Shown: one piece after another, positions 16,145 to 25,878 of the stretch | Numbering within the stretch: the stretch's first letter is position 1 | Layout of the letters: the number at the start of each line of letters is the position of its first letter | IMG/VR virus record: IMGVR_UViG_3300027702_000001 | DNA: 64,000 nucleotides | DNA from: a virus | Direction: 5' to 3' (one strand) | The notes under the pieces: generated by a model | What the model was told of the DNA's origin: nothing | What the model saw: only the letters and a program-made list of their open reading frames with translations | Databases searched by the model: none | Program-made: the position numbers and the translations under genes

Positions 16145-16975
16145 TTATACCTCGTATCGGATCACAATGGCATTCTGACGGACACCTGTAACTTTGTCCT
16201 TACCCCTGCCCTTCAGTGACATTCTGACACCTGCCACTTTCATCACATCTCGGACTGCCTTCTCGTCAATAGGTTTGACACCTGCTTCAGTGAGTAAATG
16301 GGTTGCTGCTCTGTCGTCATTGTTGAATAACATAGAACCTGTCATACACTCGTGTGTCAGATTATATTTGAAGCAATCATATGCCTTAGCACCATCAGGT
16401 TTTGACTTTGAACCTAGCACTTCTTGTAACTGTTCGTTCAATCCACCTGACTTTTTAATATCTGATAACACCTTTTTAGCAGTAGGTTGATCAACTGTAC
16501 CCTTTGCGTTCTCACATTTGTTATTAATCCTTTCCAAGATCAACTGTAAGTAACCAAGTGTCTGTGCATCTTGCTGTCCACCGCCACATTGTTTAGCAGT
16601 CTTTGCTAATACTTTTTGAAATACTTGAACTGACTTATCGATACCTGCTGAGGTCAACTGATAAGATTTACCCCACTTCATAGAGCATCGGTATGTCGTA
16701 CCACCTGACTTAAACATAATGTCTGTCTTTGGTTCTTCTCCACCACCAGACATTTTCTGAAACGATTGATAATATTTTTGTCGTGCTTCAACGTTATTGC
16801 TAGGTGCCATTGATTCGACAATTCGGTCAGCAGTGGACCGAATGTCATTGGGGATGCTGTTTATACGACCTGCTGCATCTTCATAGTCCTTTTGATTATC
16901 CGCATTCTTATTGATGATCTTACTCGTTGCCGAGTACATCACTGCGTGTTCAAATTGTAACCCTTTGTTTGCCAT
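16145..16975 (-). CDS. putative PD-(D/E)xK-type nuclease
   Basis: N-terminal FEH, PKTD...SMK pattern; ATAAATA late promoter at 16995-17001. Confidence 0.5.
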   Translation of the reverse strand: MANKGLQFEHAVMYSATSKIINKNADNQKDYEDAAGRINSIPNDIRSTADRIVESMAPSNNVEARQKYYQSFQKMSGGGEEPKTDIMFKSGGTTYRCSMKWGKSYQLTSAGIDKSVQVFQKVLAKTAKQCGGGQQDAQTLGYLQLILERINNKCENAKGTVDQPTAKKVLSDIKKSGGLNEQLQEVLGSKSKPDGAKAYDCFKYNLTHECMTGSMLFNNDDRAATHLLTEAGVKPIDEKAVRDVMKVAGVRMSLKGRGKDKVTGVRQNAIVIRYEV

Positions 16976-16997
16976 CGTGGGAATACTTTTTAAGTAT

Positions 16998-17528
16998 TTA
17001 TGAAACCCAATCAGGTTTACGTTCTGGCAAACGTAGATAGTTATCTTTTACCCAAGGTTTTGCAGCGATATACCTTCTATATGCAGTGAAGGTATCTATT
17101 GATTGATCTTGTTTGAACTCGTCGAACATTGCTCTGACGAATGGAGTAGGATGTTTCCCACTACGACCCGTAGGATCACCTGTAGGAAAGATTTTACTAG
17201 CGTGTTCAATGGTGGATTGACAAGAGTGGATTTTGCCATAGCGTAATGTGTATTCATTGCACAGTGCGAGACCGTGTGTGATTAACCATCGCCAGTTGAG
17301 TACAAAACTGTTTGCCCATACTGTACAGGGATGATTGCGAAAGGCACCCTTATCTGTTTTGTAAGGAGTACCGTCAAGTTTTGGTAGGTCACCGAAACCG
17401 TGACCCCACTTCTCTGATCCGACAATAGAAAGCATCTGACAGGTTTCTAGTGGCATCTTGACAATATGTTTGTCAGGAAGCACTCTGGCAGATGCTATTG
17501 GATCAGGGTCCGTAACGAAGATATTCAT
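16998..17528 (-). CDS. pyrimidine dimer DNA glycosylase / DenV-related family protein
   Basis: MNIF..DPDP..SA..LPDKHIVKMPLETCQMLS, HPCTVW, EYTLRYGKIH motifs. Confidence 0.75.
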   Translation of the reverse strand: MNIFVTDPDPIASARVLPDKHIVKMPLETCQMLSIVGSEKWGHGFGDLPKLDGTPYKTDKGAFRNHPCTVWANSFVLNWRWLITHGLALCNEYTLRYGKIHSCQSTIEHASKIFPTGDPTGRSGKHPTPFVRAMFDEFKQDQSIDTFTAYRRYIAAKPWVKDNYLRLPERKPDWVS

Positions 17529-17551
17529 AGACCTGATTATGTGTGGTGTGT

Positions 17552-17740
17552 GAGGGAGGTTGGATTACTGTGTACCAACAAAAGATGGGCATTACTACAG
17601 AGTAAATACATCTTTGCCTAAGACCCGATTGGTAAATCGATTCTACTTTCGTAGCAGCACCACCTGTGTCTTATCACCTTAACCAGCAATATGCCAGTAA
17701 GTTTATTCAGTCACTCCCAGTAAAAGAAGCGTCCCTCTCT
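17552..17740 (-). ncRNA. manA-like structured RNA motif in the 5' leader
   Basis: GGGAGTGACTGAATAAACTTACTGGC...AGGTGGTGCTGC...GTAGTAATGCCC...CCAACCTCCC with at least 7 nested helices; name from recalled consensus. Confidence 0.72.
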
Positions 17741-17749
17741 TACAAATAT

Positions 17750-17777
17750 ATCATAGCATAAAAAAAGAGAGTGTCAA
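17750..17777 (-). promoter_or_regulatory. sigma70-type promoter TTGACA-16-TATGAT (extended -10)
   Basis: Consensus -35; predicted +1 just 5' of the structured RNA. Confidence 0.7.
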
Positions 17778-17785
17778 GCACTCTC
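17760..17785 (-). terminator. intrinsic terminator overlapping the promoter
   Basis: GAGAGTG-CTTGA-CACTCTC followed by a T-run. Confidence 0.7.
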
Positions 17786-17811
17786 AGCGATCCATCTCGA
17801 ACCAAACTTAT

Positions 17812-18093
17812 TTAGCGTTTCTTCCACCTGGGTAGGTAGAATATTGCGAAAGAACTCACCCAAAAAACTGCTAACGCTGACAAATGGATGATTCTATTTG
17901 GATTAACAATGAGACCGATAGTCACGAGTGCAATCCAAGTATAATCTAAAGTACCGTGAAGTCGATACCAAACATTCGATCCTAGTTTTTTAATGATGTC
18001 ATCTCTTCGTCTGCCGAACCACGGTGATACGTGGCGCATCATAACAAAACCCTCATTCAAAAACATAAGGGTGAAACCAATCCAGAAAATCAT
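17812..18093 (-). CDS. hypothetical membrane protein
   Basis: ORF track; three hydrophobic segments. Confidence 0.7.
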   Translation of the reverse strand: MIFWIGFTLMFLNEGFVMMRHVSPWFGRRRDDIIKKLGSNVWYRLHGTLDYTWIALVTIGLIVNPNRIIHLSALAVFWVSSFAIFYLPRWKKR

Positions 18094-18311
18094 TTAGTTT
18101 CTTCTATTGCCTCCTTAATAATATTCTTAAGTTGTCTTCCTTTTTTCTTACTGAGTCCAACTGATGAATCAATCTTTACTTTGACCCAGTAGAGACCAAT
18201 AAGAACAAGTAGAAATGGAATAGATTCTTCCCAAGAGATTGCATTCCACGCATTTGCTGCTTGACCAAGCATTGCAACTGTGTCTGGTGCAGCGAGCATA
18301 TCTGTACCCAT
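18090..18311 (-). CDS. hypothetical membrane protein
   Basis: ORF track; PFLLVLIGLYWV segment; coupled to neighbours. Confidence 0.65.
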   Translation of the reverse strand: MGTDMLAAPDTVAMLGQAANAWNAISWEESIPFLLVLIGLYWVKVKIDSSVGLSKKKGRQLKNIIKEAIEETK

Positions 18312-18877
18312 TACCTGTCCCCCTTCTTACGGTTTTCAGAACGAACAACAGTAAACTCACCCTCAGGATAACGTGTTGCAAGTTTAACTGAGTTACGGAA
18401 GGTAACCTCGTCAAGAGTTACACCGAGTGCAATACAAGCATTCGCGACATACCACATAATATCACCAAGTTCTAGGATAAGATGTTCTTTGTTGTCATCA
18501 TTCCAGGGTTTACCTTGGAACTTAAGTTTCTTAACGATCTCCATAAATTCACCACCCTCAGCAACAAGACCAGAGGCAGCAGTATCAAGACGCTCAATGT
18601 CACAACCCTCACCTTTGAGAGTTTCATAACGTTCCATCAGTGCATCAAAATCTTTTGACTCTTTACTGGTGGTCAAGTTTACAAACTTAAAATACTCAGC
18701 GTAATCAACTTCAAAGGGTTCCTCTGTTTGTCCCTTTTTCTTACGTTTAGCAGCAACCTTTTTACCTGCCACTCCTTGAGGTTCTTGGAATCCTTTCGGG
18801 ATCTGTTCAGCAGGGTTGGAGAAATCCTTCTCCGTCACCTGTGGATCATCACGAAATTCTGCTGTGTTTTCAGTCAT
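18311..18877 (-). CDS. mazG: MazG-like nucleotide pyrophosphohydrolase with N-terminal extension
   Basis: GLVAEGGEFMEIVKK, LELGDIMWYVA, N..KL..RYP motifs. Confidence 0.92.
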   Translation of the reverse strand: MTENTAEFRDDPQVTEKDFSNPAEQIPKGFQEPQGVAGKKVAAKRKKKGQTEEPFEVDYAEYFKFVNLTTSKESKDFDALMERYETLKGEGCDIERLDTAASGLVAEGGEFMEIVKKLKFQGKPWNDDNKEHLILELGDIMWYVANACIALGVTLDEVTFRNSVKLATRYPEGEFTVVRSENRKKGDR

Positions 18878-20253
18878 ACTTTGAAATCATTAAAGTTTTG
18901 TTTAGAGAAGGATAGGATGTCAGATGCATCAACTGTCTCTTCTGGTGCTCCAGAATCAACAATCTTCTTTTGTTCTTCACAATCATACAGACGCATCTTC
19001 GCCCTGTCAACTCCTACAACGAATCTCTTGTTCACTGTAGGATCATTATATCTATTCTTAAGTTGTTTCACCATAATCTGATTCAACTCTTCCATCTCTT
19101 CAGTAGAGATCAGAGCAATCATAAAGTCTGCAGTAGCAGGGAGTCCAAATGACTCCGAAGTATCTGTCAGGTCAACATCAGAATTGCCATACCCACTACG
19201 AGTAGTTTGAGTAGCGGATACGATAGGGACATTATGTTCACCTGCAAGTCCACGTAGTTCTTCAGCAATAGATTTAACAAATGTGTACGAGTTAACTATA
19301 GCACCTTTGTATCTTGATGAGTTACAAATGTTAAGGTAATCGACATAGATGATGTCTGGTACAAATGATTTCTTAATAGAAAGTTCTTGCAGCAGTGCCT
19401 TGAAGTGTCCTACGTGTGCAGATGCAGTAGGGTATTCTTTGATGATAAGACGACCCTTTGTTTTGTTATTAACCTTTTCAATCTTAGAATCAAACATTGG
19501 TTTAGGCAATGTCTCCAATGATTGAATTGGAATGTTCATCAAGTTAGCATCAATACGTTCAGCGATCTTCTCCTCTGCCATTTCCAACGTGATGTATAGC
19601 ACGTTTAGTCCTGCAGAAAGATTAGCAGCAGCACAGTGACACATAAACAAAGACTTACCAACACCTGTACCTGCAAGTGCAATGTTCAATGTCTTCTTAG
19701 ATAGACCACCTTTAGTAATCTTGTTGAGTAACTCAATATCAAAAGGAATCTTTTCTTCTACTCTATGATAGAACTGATAACGTTGATCAGCATCATCGAT
19801 GTAGTCGTGACCAACAGAATTATCAAAAGAAACTGATAGTGCATTAGACAAGATACTTGGAATAGCATCACGTCCCATTGTTTCAGAGTTACCATCAGCA
19901 ATCTGAATAGACTCAAGAAGTGCATTGTAGATAGCACGATCACGACACCACTTCTCTGAGGTAGTTACTAACCAATCGATCTCGTGTGGTTCTTCAGTCA
20001 TATTTTCAAGAGAGGTCTTTAGTTCAGAGAACGTAGTCTCGTTTAGATCTTCTCTTGATTCAATTTCAATACTCAATGCTTCCTTTGAAGGGAGAGCATC
20101 GTATTCCATAAAATATTTTGCAAGTTCATCGAAGATAATTTTGTTGTTGTAATCTTCGAAGTATTCTTGCTTGATGTGTGGAAGTGTCTTACGTGTAAAA
20201 TCCTGATTATGAATCAAGTTTGATACTACGAGTTCTTCTACAGAATTAGACAT
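18874..20253 (-). CDS. gp41: replicative DNA helicase (T4 gp41-like)
   Basis: Walker A AGTGVGKS, ITLEMAEE, VDYLN, SATQTTRSG, QLKNRY. Confidence 0.96.
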   Translation of the reverse strand: MSNSVEELVVSNLIHNQDFTRKTLPHIKQEYFEDYNNKIIFDELAKYFMEYDALPSKEALSIEIESREDLNETTFSELKTSLENMTEEPHEIDWLVTTSEKWCRDRAIYNALLESIQIADGNSETMGRDAIPSILSNALSVSFDNSVGHDYIDDADQRYQFYHRVEEKIPFDIELLNKITKGGLSKKTLNIALAGTGVGKSLFMCHCAAANLSAGLNVLYITLEMAEEKIAERIDANLMNIPIQSLETLPKPMFDSKIEKVNNKTKGRLIIKEYPTASAHVGHFKALLQELSIKKSFVPDIIYVDYLNICNSSRYKGAIVNSYTFVKSIAEELRGLAGEHNVPIVSATQTTRSGYGNSDVDLTDTSESFGLPATADFMIALISTEEMEELNQIMVKQLKNRYNDPTVNKRFVVGVDRAKMRLYDCEEQKKIVDSGAPEETVDASDILSFSKQNFNDFKV

Positions 20254-20803
20254 AGTGGATGTACGTTCCCGCGATGTATTTTGCGTTAGAGATTGCAGGT
20301 AGTCCTGCGTGAGGATATGTCCACGTGGGTGGGAACACTAACAGTCTACCACGTTTAGGAGAAACTTTCATATGTTTGAATTCAGTTTCTCCACCCTCTT
20401 CAACATCATTAAGATACCAGAATAGTACGAGCATTCTTTTAGCAGACTCGTGGTCACCCACATCGACGTGCCATTTGAATTGATCTTCTGAATCTGGATT
20501 GTATCTCTTGATCCTAAACTGTTCAAGTGATGTCTTCATAGGAAAGTATTTCCTACAGTCACACTCATCCATATATCGTTGGATGAAATCGTGAGCAGAC
20601 TGAATCAATGCTGATTGGATTATGTCCCAATCTTTATGTGATTTCTTCTCAATGTGTTCAGTGATATTAAATTGTGCGAAGGTAGGACGACCATCTCTGT
20701 CCCAAATATCGAGTTCTTCCATTTCGAAAAGACGAATGGCATTCTCACATACTTCTTTAGAGATGGCATCATCATAAACCTTGATAAAAGATTCAAGATC
20801 CAT
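20246..20803 (-). CDS. 2OG-Fe(II) oxygenase (prolyl-4-hydroxylase-like)
   Basis: [27 protein letters not shown] motifs. Confidence 0.88.
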   Translation of the reverse strand: MDLESFIKVYDDAISKEVCENAIRLFEMEELDIWDRDGRPTFAQFNITEHIEKKSHKDWDIIQSALIQSAHDFIQRYMDECDCRKYFPMKTSLEQFRIKRYNPDSEDQFKWHVDVGDHESAKRMLVLFWYLNDVEEGGETEFKHMKVSPKRGRLLVFPPTWTYPHAGLPAISNAKYIAGTYIHYV

Positions 20804-21812
20804 ATGCGAATTCCTTCTTTGCTGCTTCTTCCAACTTATCCATTATTTCTGGGGTGAAGTATTTCTCAGGATCCTTGAGAATAACAGAAGGGAAGACGCT
20901 AGACTCCCCAACAACAACGCGATTACCCTTGCGTTCAAATACTCCATACTTCTCACCCAACTCCAATAGTCCGTAATACTTGTCAAGTCCCCTTGAGTCA
21001 TAGAATAACCTCGTTTCTACTTTTACATTTTCTTTAGTGAAGCGTGACTTGGCAGTCAAACATTTGATAATATTACCAACGATCTCTTTGTTAGAGTCAC
21101 GTTCTTTAGATTTACTCAAGAAAATAATTGTACTGGCAGCATACTTAAGACCAGATCCTCCACCCATTTCTTTGGTGGGAACATATGCACCTACCACATC
21201 ATATGTATGGTTAGTAACGATGAGTGGTACATTACAACGACCTAGTTCAAGAGTTAGAACACGGAAGATTGCTTTCACAACCTGTGCTCTAGTCATATCC
21301 CTAGTCTCTTTACCTTCCTCACTATCAGATACTTCCTTAGAAGTAGAAAGCATACCGAGTGAGTCAAGACAGAACATCATAGGTTTCCTATCTTCCTCCT
21401 TCATCTTGGAGTAGTTCTTCAATGTCTTGAGTGCCTGTGTTCTGAACTCTTGTACAGTTGTAACAGGAACAACAGCAACACGATTAGCATCAATACCACG
21501 ACTGGTCAGCATATCTTTGGAGACAGCAGACTCAGATTCGAAATATAATACAATACCGTCAGGATTAGAATCCAGGAAACTACGAACGACACTAAGAGTA
21601 AAAAAAGTTTTTCCAGTGCTTGATTCTCCTGCAATAGCGGTGATTTTGTTTGAAGGCAAACCTCCATAAATCGAACCACTAACAAGGGCATTGAATATAT
21701 GAGACCCAGTGTCAACGAAAGAAGTAACGTCGCCTGCAGCAACCCCGTCACTAACGACTGAAGCGTAGTCATTGCCAATGTCGCTGATAATGTCTTTTAA
21801 AAATGATGTCAT
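20793..21812 (-). CDS. uvsX: RecA-like recombinase
   Basis: [33 protein letters not shown]. Confidence 0.95.
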   Translation of the reverse strand: MTSFLKDIISDIGNDYASVVSDGVAAGDVTSFVDTGSHIFNALVSGSIYGGLPSNKITAIAGESSTGKTFFTLSVVRSFLDSNPDGIVLYFESESAVSKDMLTSRGIDANRVAVVPVTTVQEFRTQALKTLKNYSKMKEEDRKPMMFCLDSLGMLSTSKEVSDSEEGKETRDMTRAQVVKAIFRVLTLELGRCNVPLIVTNHTYDVVGAYVPTKEMGGGSGLKYAASTIIFLSKSKERDSNKEIVGNIIKCLTAKSRFTKENVKVETRLFYDSRGLDKYYGLLELGEKYGVFERKGNRVVVGESSVFPSVILKDPEKYFTPEIMDKLEEAAKKEFAYGS

Positions 21813-24286
21813 AGGAAAAATTCGTCTAGGTTAGCAATCTTCTCTGCCTTCCAATTAATAGTATCCATAATAACCTGTAATGGATCAAGGAAACTCTTCT
21901 GGAATTGTAGATCATAATCTATGTACTTGTCAAGACCAAATTCTTTCGGCAGAGTCTGAAAGAAACTTACCACGTTCTCTTGGATTTTGTTTGGGGTCTT
22001 TAAATAGAGGAACTTTACCTTCTCCCCCTCTTGAATTAGAGGATACTTGTGAGTCAATTTGTTCTTCTTGTTATAGAAATTATATAAGAGTGCTCCTCTC
22101 ACGTGGATAGGAGTACCCTTTGAGTATATTGTAGCAGGGTTTGAGAACTTTGACAGACCATTACACCCACGTGGGAATGCAACATCCTCTGCGTTTAGTT
22201 TCTCAAACCTCTCTCTGAATTCTGCGATGAATTCTTGGGTATCCTGTTCGGTACCATTCATAATAACTTTCATAGCATCCTTAATTGCTGTCCTACAGGC
22301 AGCAGGTGTGGATGATTTAACTGCCTCAATGCCCATCATCTTGATCTTAGGTTCAGTAAACCTAACTCCTTCGATGTCATAAGCGTTGAGAATGTATCTT
22401 TTCTTGGCAGTCCATATACCTTTGTTGGCAATGGTCTCCCTCTTCATCTTCATTTTTTGGTCATACGCCGAAACGTACGTCGCGAGTTCCGAGTAACTTT
22501 TATCAATGTAGGGTTCAATCTTCTCTTGGCAGATCTTGTCAAGTATCCCCACAACTGCGTCTTTATCGCCACACTTACTACCAAAAAATTTATCAACAAG
22601 AGGTCCAAGGTTAAGATAGATTGAGTCAGTGTCAGATGCAATGACATAATCCTCCTTTTCCGTGTTGAGTAAGTTATTTAGGTAATCATTCATACGATTC
22701 TCAATCCAACGGATTGAAACCTGACCAGAAAGAGTGATTGCTTCAGCATTCGCTAGGTTAAAATACCTAAAGTATTGGTTACCAATAGCACCATATGCAG
22801 AGTTCAATTGAATCTTTCTCGCCATCTGTATGTTATTGAAGGCAGAAATATCATCCTGTAACTTTTTGTTACCTGTCTTCTCAAATTCTTTCTTCGCTTG
22901 AATCATCTTCTTCTTAAAGATCACACGTTCATCGTAGATCTTCTGCATCATCTTGGGTAGAAATCCTTGGATGTCTTTCCTGTACTGTGCTCTGTTGGCA
23001 CACACACAGTAATCTCCACTGATTTGTACTTCTCTGTTGAGCAGTCCATCAACACTGGCGGTGGGGTGTCTTGTATCGATGAGGGTCTCAGGCGAAATAT
23101 TATACTGCATAATGAGATGAGGATACAGAGAGTTAAGGTCAAACGAAACAACCCAATCGTAGAGTCCTGGTTTGGGTTCTTTGACGTATGCTCCTGCGTA
23201 CTTGTCGTTCTTGGTGCTCTCTTGTCTTGGGGGGACACAGATTTTACGCTCCTTCAGATAGTTGTAGATGAGTGTATCCCACATACGAACCTGAGAATAA
23301 ACATCCTCGAAGTTTACCTTGGCATCGTATGCCATCACGACAGCAAGTTCCAGTAGTTTCATCTTGTGTTCAAGACGATCTACTAGTTCAACGTCAATGA
23401 TGTTGTATTCAACGAACTTCTGCCAGTCATCAGTATAGAATGCTTTGAAGTTCTCAAACTCACTGTGATCTAACTTACGTTGATCTAGTTCGACAAACGC
23501 AATGTGATCCAGACGATATGATTCCTGATTGGTATATGTAAACTTTCGGTATAGATCAAGGTAATCCAGAATGCTTACTCCAAGAATGTTGTAGGACAAA
23601 TTCCTACGACCCTTGATGTAAACCTCACGCATATTAACTTTGTTCCAAGGTGATAATGATTTTTGCCACTTCTCACCTAGCACACGTTCAATGCGACGAC
23701 AGATATAGGGGATGTCGTACAGATTACAATTCCAACCAGTCACCACATCAGGAGTGTTCTCTACCCACCAAGAATGGAAGTCAGTCAACATCTCCTGTTC
23801 AGTCCAGAAGCAACGATACTCAGTATCAATCTTTGCTTCACGGGTTCCCCAAGTGATGAACTTACCACTAGAAAGATCTTTAATAGTAATAAGAAGCATC
23901 TCCTCTTGACACGCTTCGGTATCAGGGAAACCATTCTCGCAAGCAACCTCGATGTCAATCGTATAGATCTTCATCTGCTCAAGGTTTGCCCTCATATCCT
24001 GAGGGTATTTCTCTGAGATCCATTGATATACAAATCGTTCGTAACCGTGCACCTCAAAACCTTCAACACCTTTATACTTCTCGATGAACTCACGAGCACG
24101 TTTAGCACCGTCTTGTTTGACAGGTGCCATCTTCTCGCCATCAAGAGTCCTCCACTTACCTTTCGGTGATGGAACATACAGCGTTGGTTTGATGATTTCC
24201 TTATACGAAATAGGGACACCATCCTCATACCCTCGGCAGAGAATAGCGTCACCTAGCAGTGTTACGTTTGTATAGACTGAACTCAA
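21809..24286 (-). CDS. gp43: family B DNA polymerase (T4 gp43-like)
   Basis: Exonuclease [31 protein letters not shown]. Confidence 0.97.
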   Translation of the reverse strand: MSSVYTNVTLLGDAILCRGYEDGVPISYKEIIKPTLYVPSPKGKWRTLDGEKMAPVKQDGAKRAREFIEKYKGVEGFEVHGYERFVYQWISEKYPQDMRANLEQMKIYTIDIEVACENGFPDTEACQEEMLLITIKDLSSGKFITWGTREAKIDTEYRCFWTEQEMLTDFHSWWVENTPDVVTGWNCNLYDIPYICRRIERVLGEKWQKSLSPWNKVNMREVYIKGRRNLSYNILGVSILDYLDLYRKFTYTNQESYRLDHIAFVELDQRKLDHSEFENFKAFYTDDWQKFVEYNIIDVELVDRLEHKMKLLELAVVMAYDAKVNFEDVYSQVRMWDTLIYNYLKERKICVPPRQESTKNDKYAGAYVKEPKPGLYDWVVSFDLNSLYPHLIMQYNISPETLIDTRHPTASVDGLLNREVQISGDYCVCANRAQYRKDIQGFLPKMMQKIYDERVIFKKKMIQAKKEFEKTGNKKLQDDISAFNNIQMARKIQLNSAYGAIGNQYFRYFNLANAEAITLSGQVSIRWIENRMNDYLNNLLNTEKEDYVIASDTDSIYLNLGPLVDKFFGSKCGDKDAVVGILDKICQEKIEPYIDKSYSELATYVSAYDQKMKMKRETIANKGIWTAKKRYILNAYDIEGVRFTEPKIKMMGIEAVKSSTPAACRTAIKDAMKVIMNGTEQDTQEFIAEFRERFEKLNAEDVAFPRGCNGLSKFSNPATIYSKGTPIHVRGALLYNFYNKKNKLTHKYPLIQEGEKVKFLYLKTPNKIQENVVSFFQTLPKEFGLDKYIDYDLQFQKSFLDPLQVIMDTINWKAEKIANLDEFFL

Positions 24287-24519
24287 AGCGCCTTCTTGTA
24301 GTTGGTTACGGTCTCTTCAGACGGTTCAACTATAGTCAAAACAACGTCGCTTGTCAAGAAGATGTCACGTTGATCTGTGTAGTAGGGATACTTTTCATAC
24401 TTCCCATCAGTAATCATCATACAGTCAGAGATAAGGTATGATGGTTCCTCATCTAGTTCTGTGACTGCACCCATTAGGTGCGTGTGATCCTTAAGAAGGA
24501 TTAGTTTCAGTGGTTGCAT
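24283..24519 (-). CDS. small hypothetical protein (possible Sm-like fold)
   Basis: ORF track; beta-rich pattern. Confidence 0.65.
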   Translation of the reverse strand: MQPLKLILLKDHTHLMGAVTELDEEPSYLISDCMMITDGKYEKYPYYTDQRDIFLTSDVVLTIVEPSEETVTNYKKAL

Positions 24520-24841
24520 TTCCTTTGATACAGGTTTTCCATTTCGATTCCACCTCAGGGTGTGGATTGTAGATTGTAGCGACGTTGCTCAATACTACTA
24601 GTGTAGCATTATTTTTGGAAAGTGGAATCCAAGGGAATAGTTCCAAGTTCAAGTCGTTAATTTTTTGTGGTGTTTCTTGGGTACCCTCGAACAACATTTC
24701 TGCTGCAGCGTGTAGATTCACTTGATAAGGATCCTTCATAAGGTATCCAATAGGGGAATAGGATTTCTCCTCAGGGTACGCTTCTTGAACATCAGCGATT
24801 ACGTCCTCGCCATTGATCATTCTTACGATTTTTACGGTCAT
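24491..24841 (-). CDS. hypothetical protein (possible Sm-like fold)
   Basis: KIVRMINGEDVIADV...LFPWIPL pattern. Confidence 0.7.
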   Translation of the reverse strand: MTVKIVRMINGEDVIADVQEAYPEEKSYSPIGYLMKDPYQVNLHAAAEMLFEGTQETPQKINDLNLELFPWIPLSKNNATLVVLSNVATIYNPHPEVESKWKTCIKGNATTETNPS

Positions 24842-25031
24842 AATTTTCAGTTAGGGTATTGTAAACACCACGAACAATGTTTGCGAATGACTTATGTACA
24901 TCCACATTATGTTCATCGTTAATCATTCTAGCATATCCTAGAACCTCGTCAACATATCTGGTTGGAACATCGAGTGTGATCGATTCATAATCGTCGCTCC
25001 CCCTCGGAGCGCAGTTCACATAGTGATTCAT
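24792..25031 (-). CDS. hypothetical protein
   Basis: ORF track, 79 aa. Confidence 0.6.
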   Translation of the reverse strand: MNHYVNCAPRGSDDYESITLDVPTRYVDEVLGYARMINDEHNVDVHKSFANIVRGVYNTLTENYDRKNRKNDQWRGRNR

Positions 25032-25045
25032 AAAAAAACTCCATA

Positions 25046-25070
25046 GAAAAAGAGACCCGAAGGTCTCTTC
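25046..25070 (-). terminator. intrinsic terminator with cUUCGg loop
   Basis: AAGAGACC-TTCG-GGTCTCTT followed by TTT. Confidence 0.75.
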
Positions 25071-25088
25071 TGTTGTACATTATGTATG

Positions 25089-25265
25089 CTACCAGTCATC
25101 AGCATATGTTGAGCAGTCATTCTTATTACAGTATTGTTTCACCCAACCGTGAACATCAGTTTCGTAATGAAGATGTGCTTTTGTATGAACAAACTCAATG
25201 AACCCTAAGGACCCACCAATGATTAAAATCATATGGACTATTGGGTTCGATAGCAATTTTTTCAT
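25089..25265 (-). CDS. 58-aa hypothetical membrane-anchored protein (MKKLLSNPIVHMILIIGGSLGFIEFVHTKAH...)
   Basis: Manual translation, below the track cutoff. Confidence 0.6.
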   Translation of the reverse strand: MKKLLSNPIVHMILIIGGSLGFIEFVHTKAHLHYETDVHGWVKQYCNKNDCSTYADDW

Positions 25266-25277
25266 TTGTCATAGCGA

Positions 25278-25718
25278 CTACTCAATATTATATACCTTTC
25301 TCTTGTGACTGTCAGGTACAATTTTATTAAGTTCTATGGTCAAAAGACCATCTTTGTAATCGACGCTGCCAAGTTTTACATCATCAGAGAGTGTGAATGT
25401 CCTTGCAAAGGTACGTTTCGCTACACCTTTGTGTAGGTATCCTCTGTGGTCATCGTTCTTCTCTTTGACTGTCCTGATTGATAGGACGTTAGTTTCTGTT
25501 GCGACCTCGAACTCATCCTTTCTGAATCCTGCTAGTGCTACTTCGATCTTCCATTTAGTTTCTGACTCTTTGATCAGGTTGTATGGAGGGTAGGATTTTG
25601 TCTCGTGATCTGCTAGTGCTCTTGACTCTAGTCTGTGAAAGATATTGTCGAGTCCGACTGAGTATGACCTAGATGCCTGTAAGATTTTATCTAGATCACT
25701 TGATGTGAATTGATTCAT
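25278..25718 (-). CDS. hsp20: small heat shock protein (Hsp20/IbpA-like)
   Basis: YPPYNL, EVALAGF, YLHKGVAKRTF, DGLL; start at MNQFTS after an AGGAG SD. Confidence 0.94.
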   Translation of the reverse strand: MNQFTSSDLDKILQASRSYSVGLDNIFHRLESRALADHETKSYPPYNLIKESETKWKIEVALAGFRKDEFEVATETNVLSIRTVKEKNDDHRGYLHKGVAKRTFARTFTLSDDVKLGSVDYKDGLLTIELNKIVPDSHKRKVYNIE

Positions 25719-25772
25719 TTGTACTGCTCCTTTAAAGCGAGAGTTTGGTGTTGTCCCCGAAGGCGACACAAT

Positions 25773-25780
25773 TATTTATA
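25773..25780 (-). promoter_or_regulatory. T4-type late promoter TATAAATA for hsp20
   Basis: Exact consensus about 55 nt upstream of the start. Confidence 0.7.
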
Positions 25781-25840
25781 GTCATAGCAATGGATCACAG
25801 GTACGGTTAAAACGGTATCATATGTACAGTTTTCTCGACG

Positions 25841-25847
25841 CTAAATA
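25841..25847 (+). promoter_or_regulatory. late-type promoter CTAAATA for the plus-strand island
   Basis: Variant consensus 31 nt upstream of 25879. Confidence 0.5.
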
Positions 25848-25878
25848 GGCTAGATGAATTAATTACCTATTTAAAAAG

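Noticed and set aside
22990-23005. Arg in gp43 'CANRAQY' where Gly is usual (ANG)
   Set aside because: A single AGA versus GGA difference; could be a natural variant or sequencing error, with no independent support for significance
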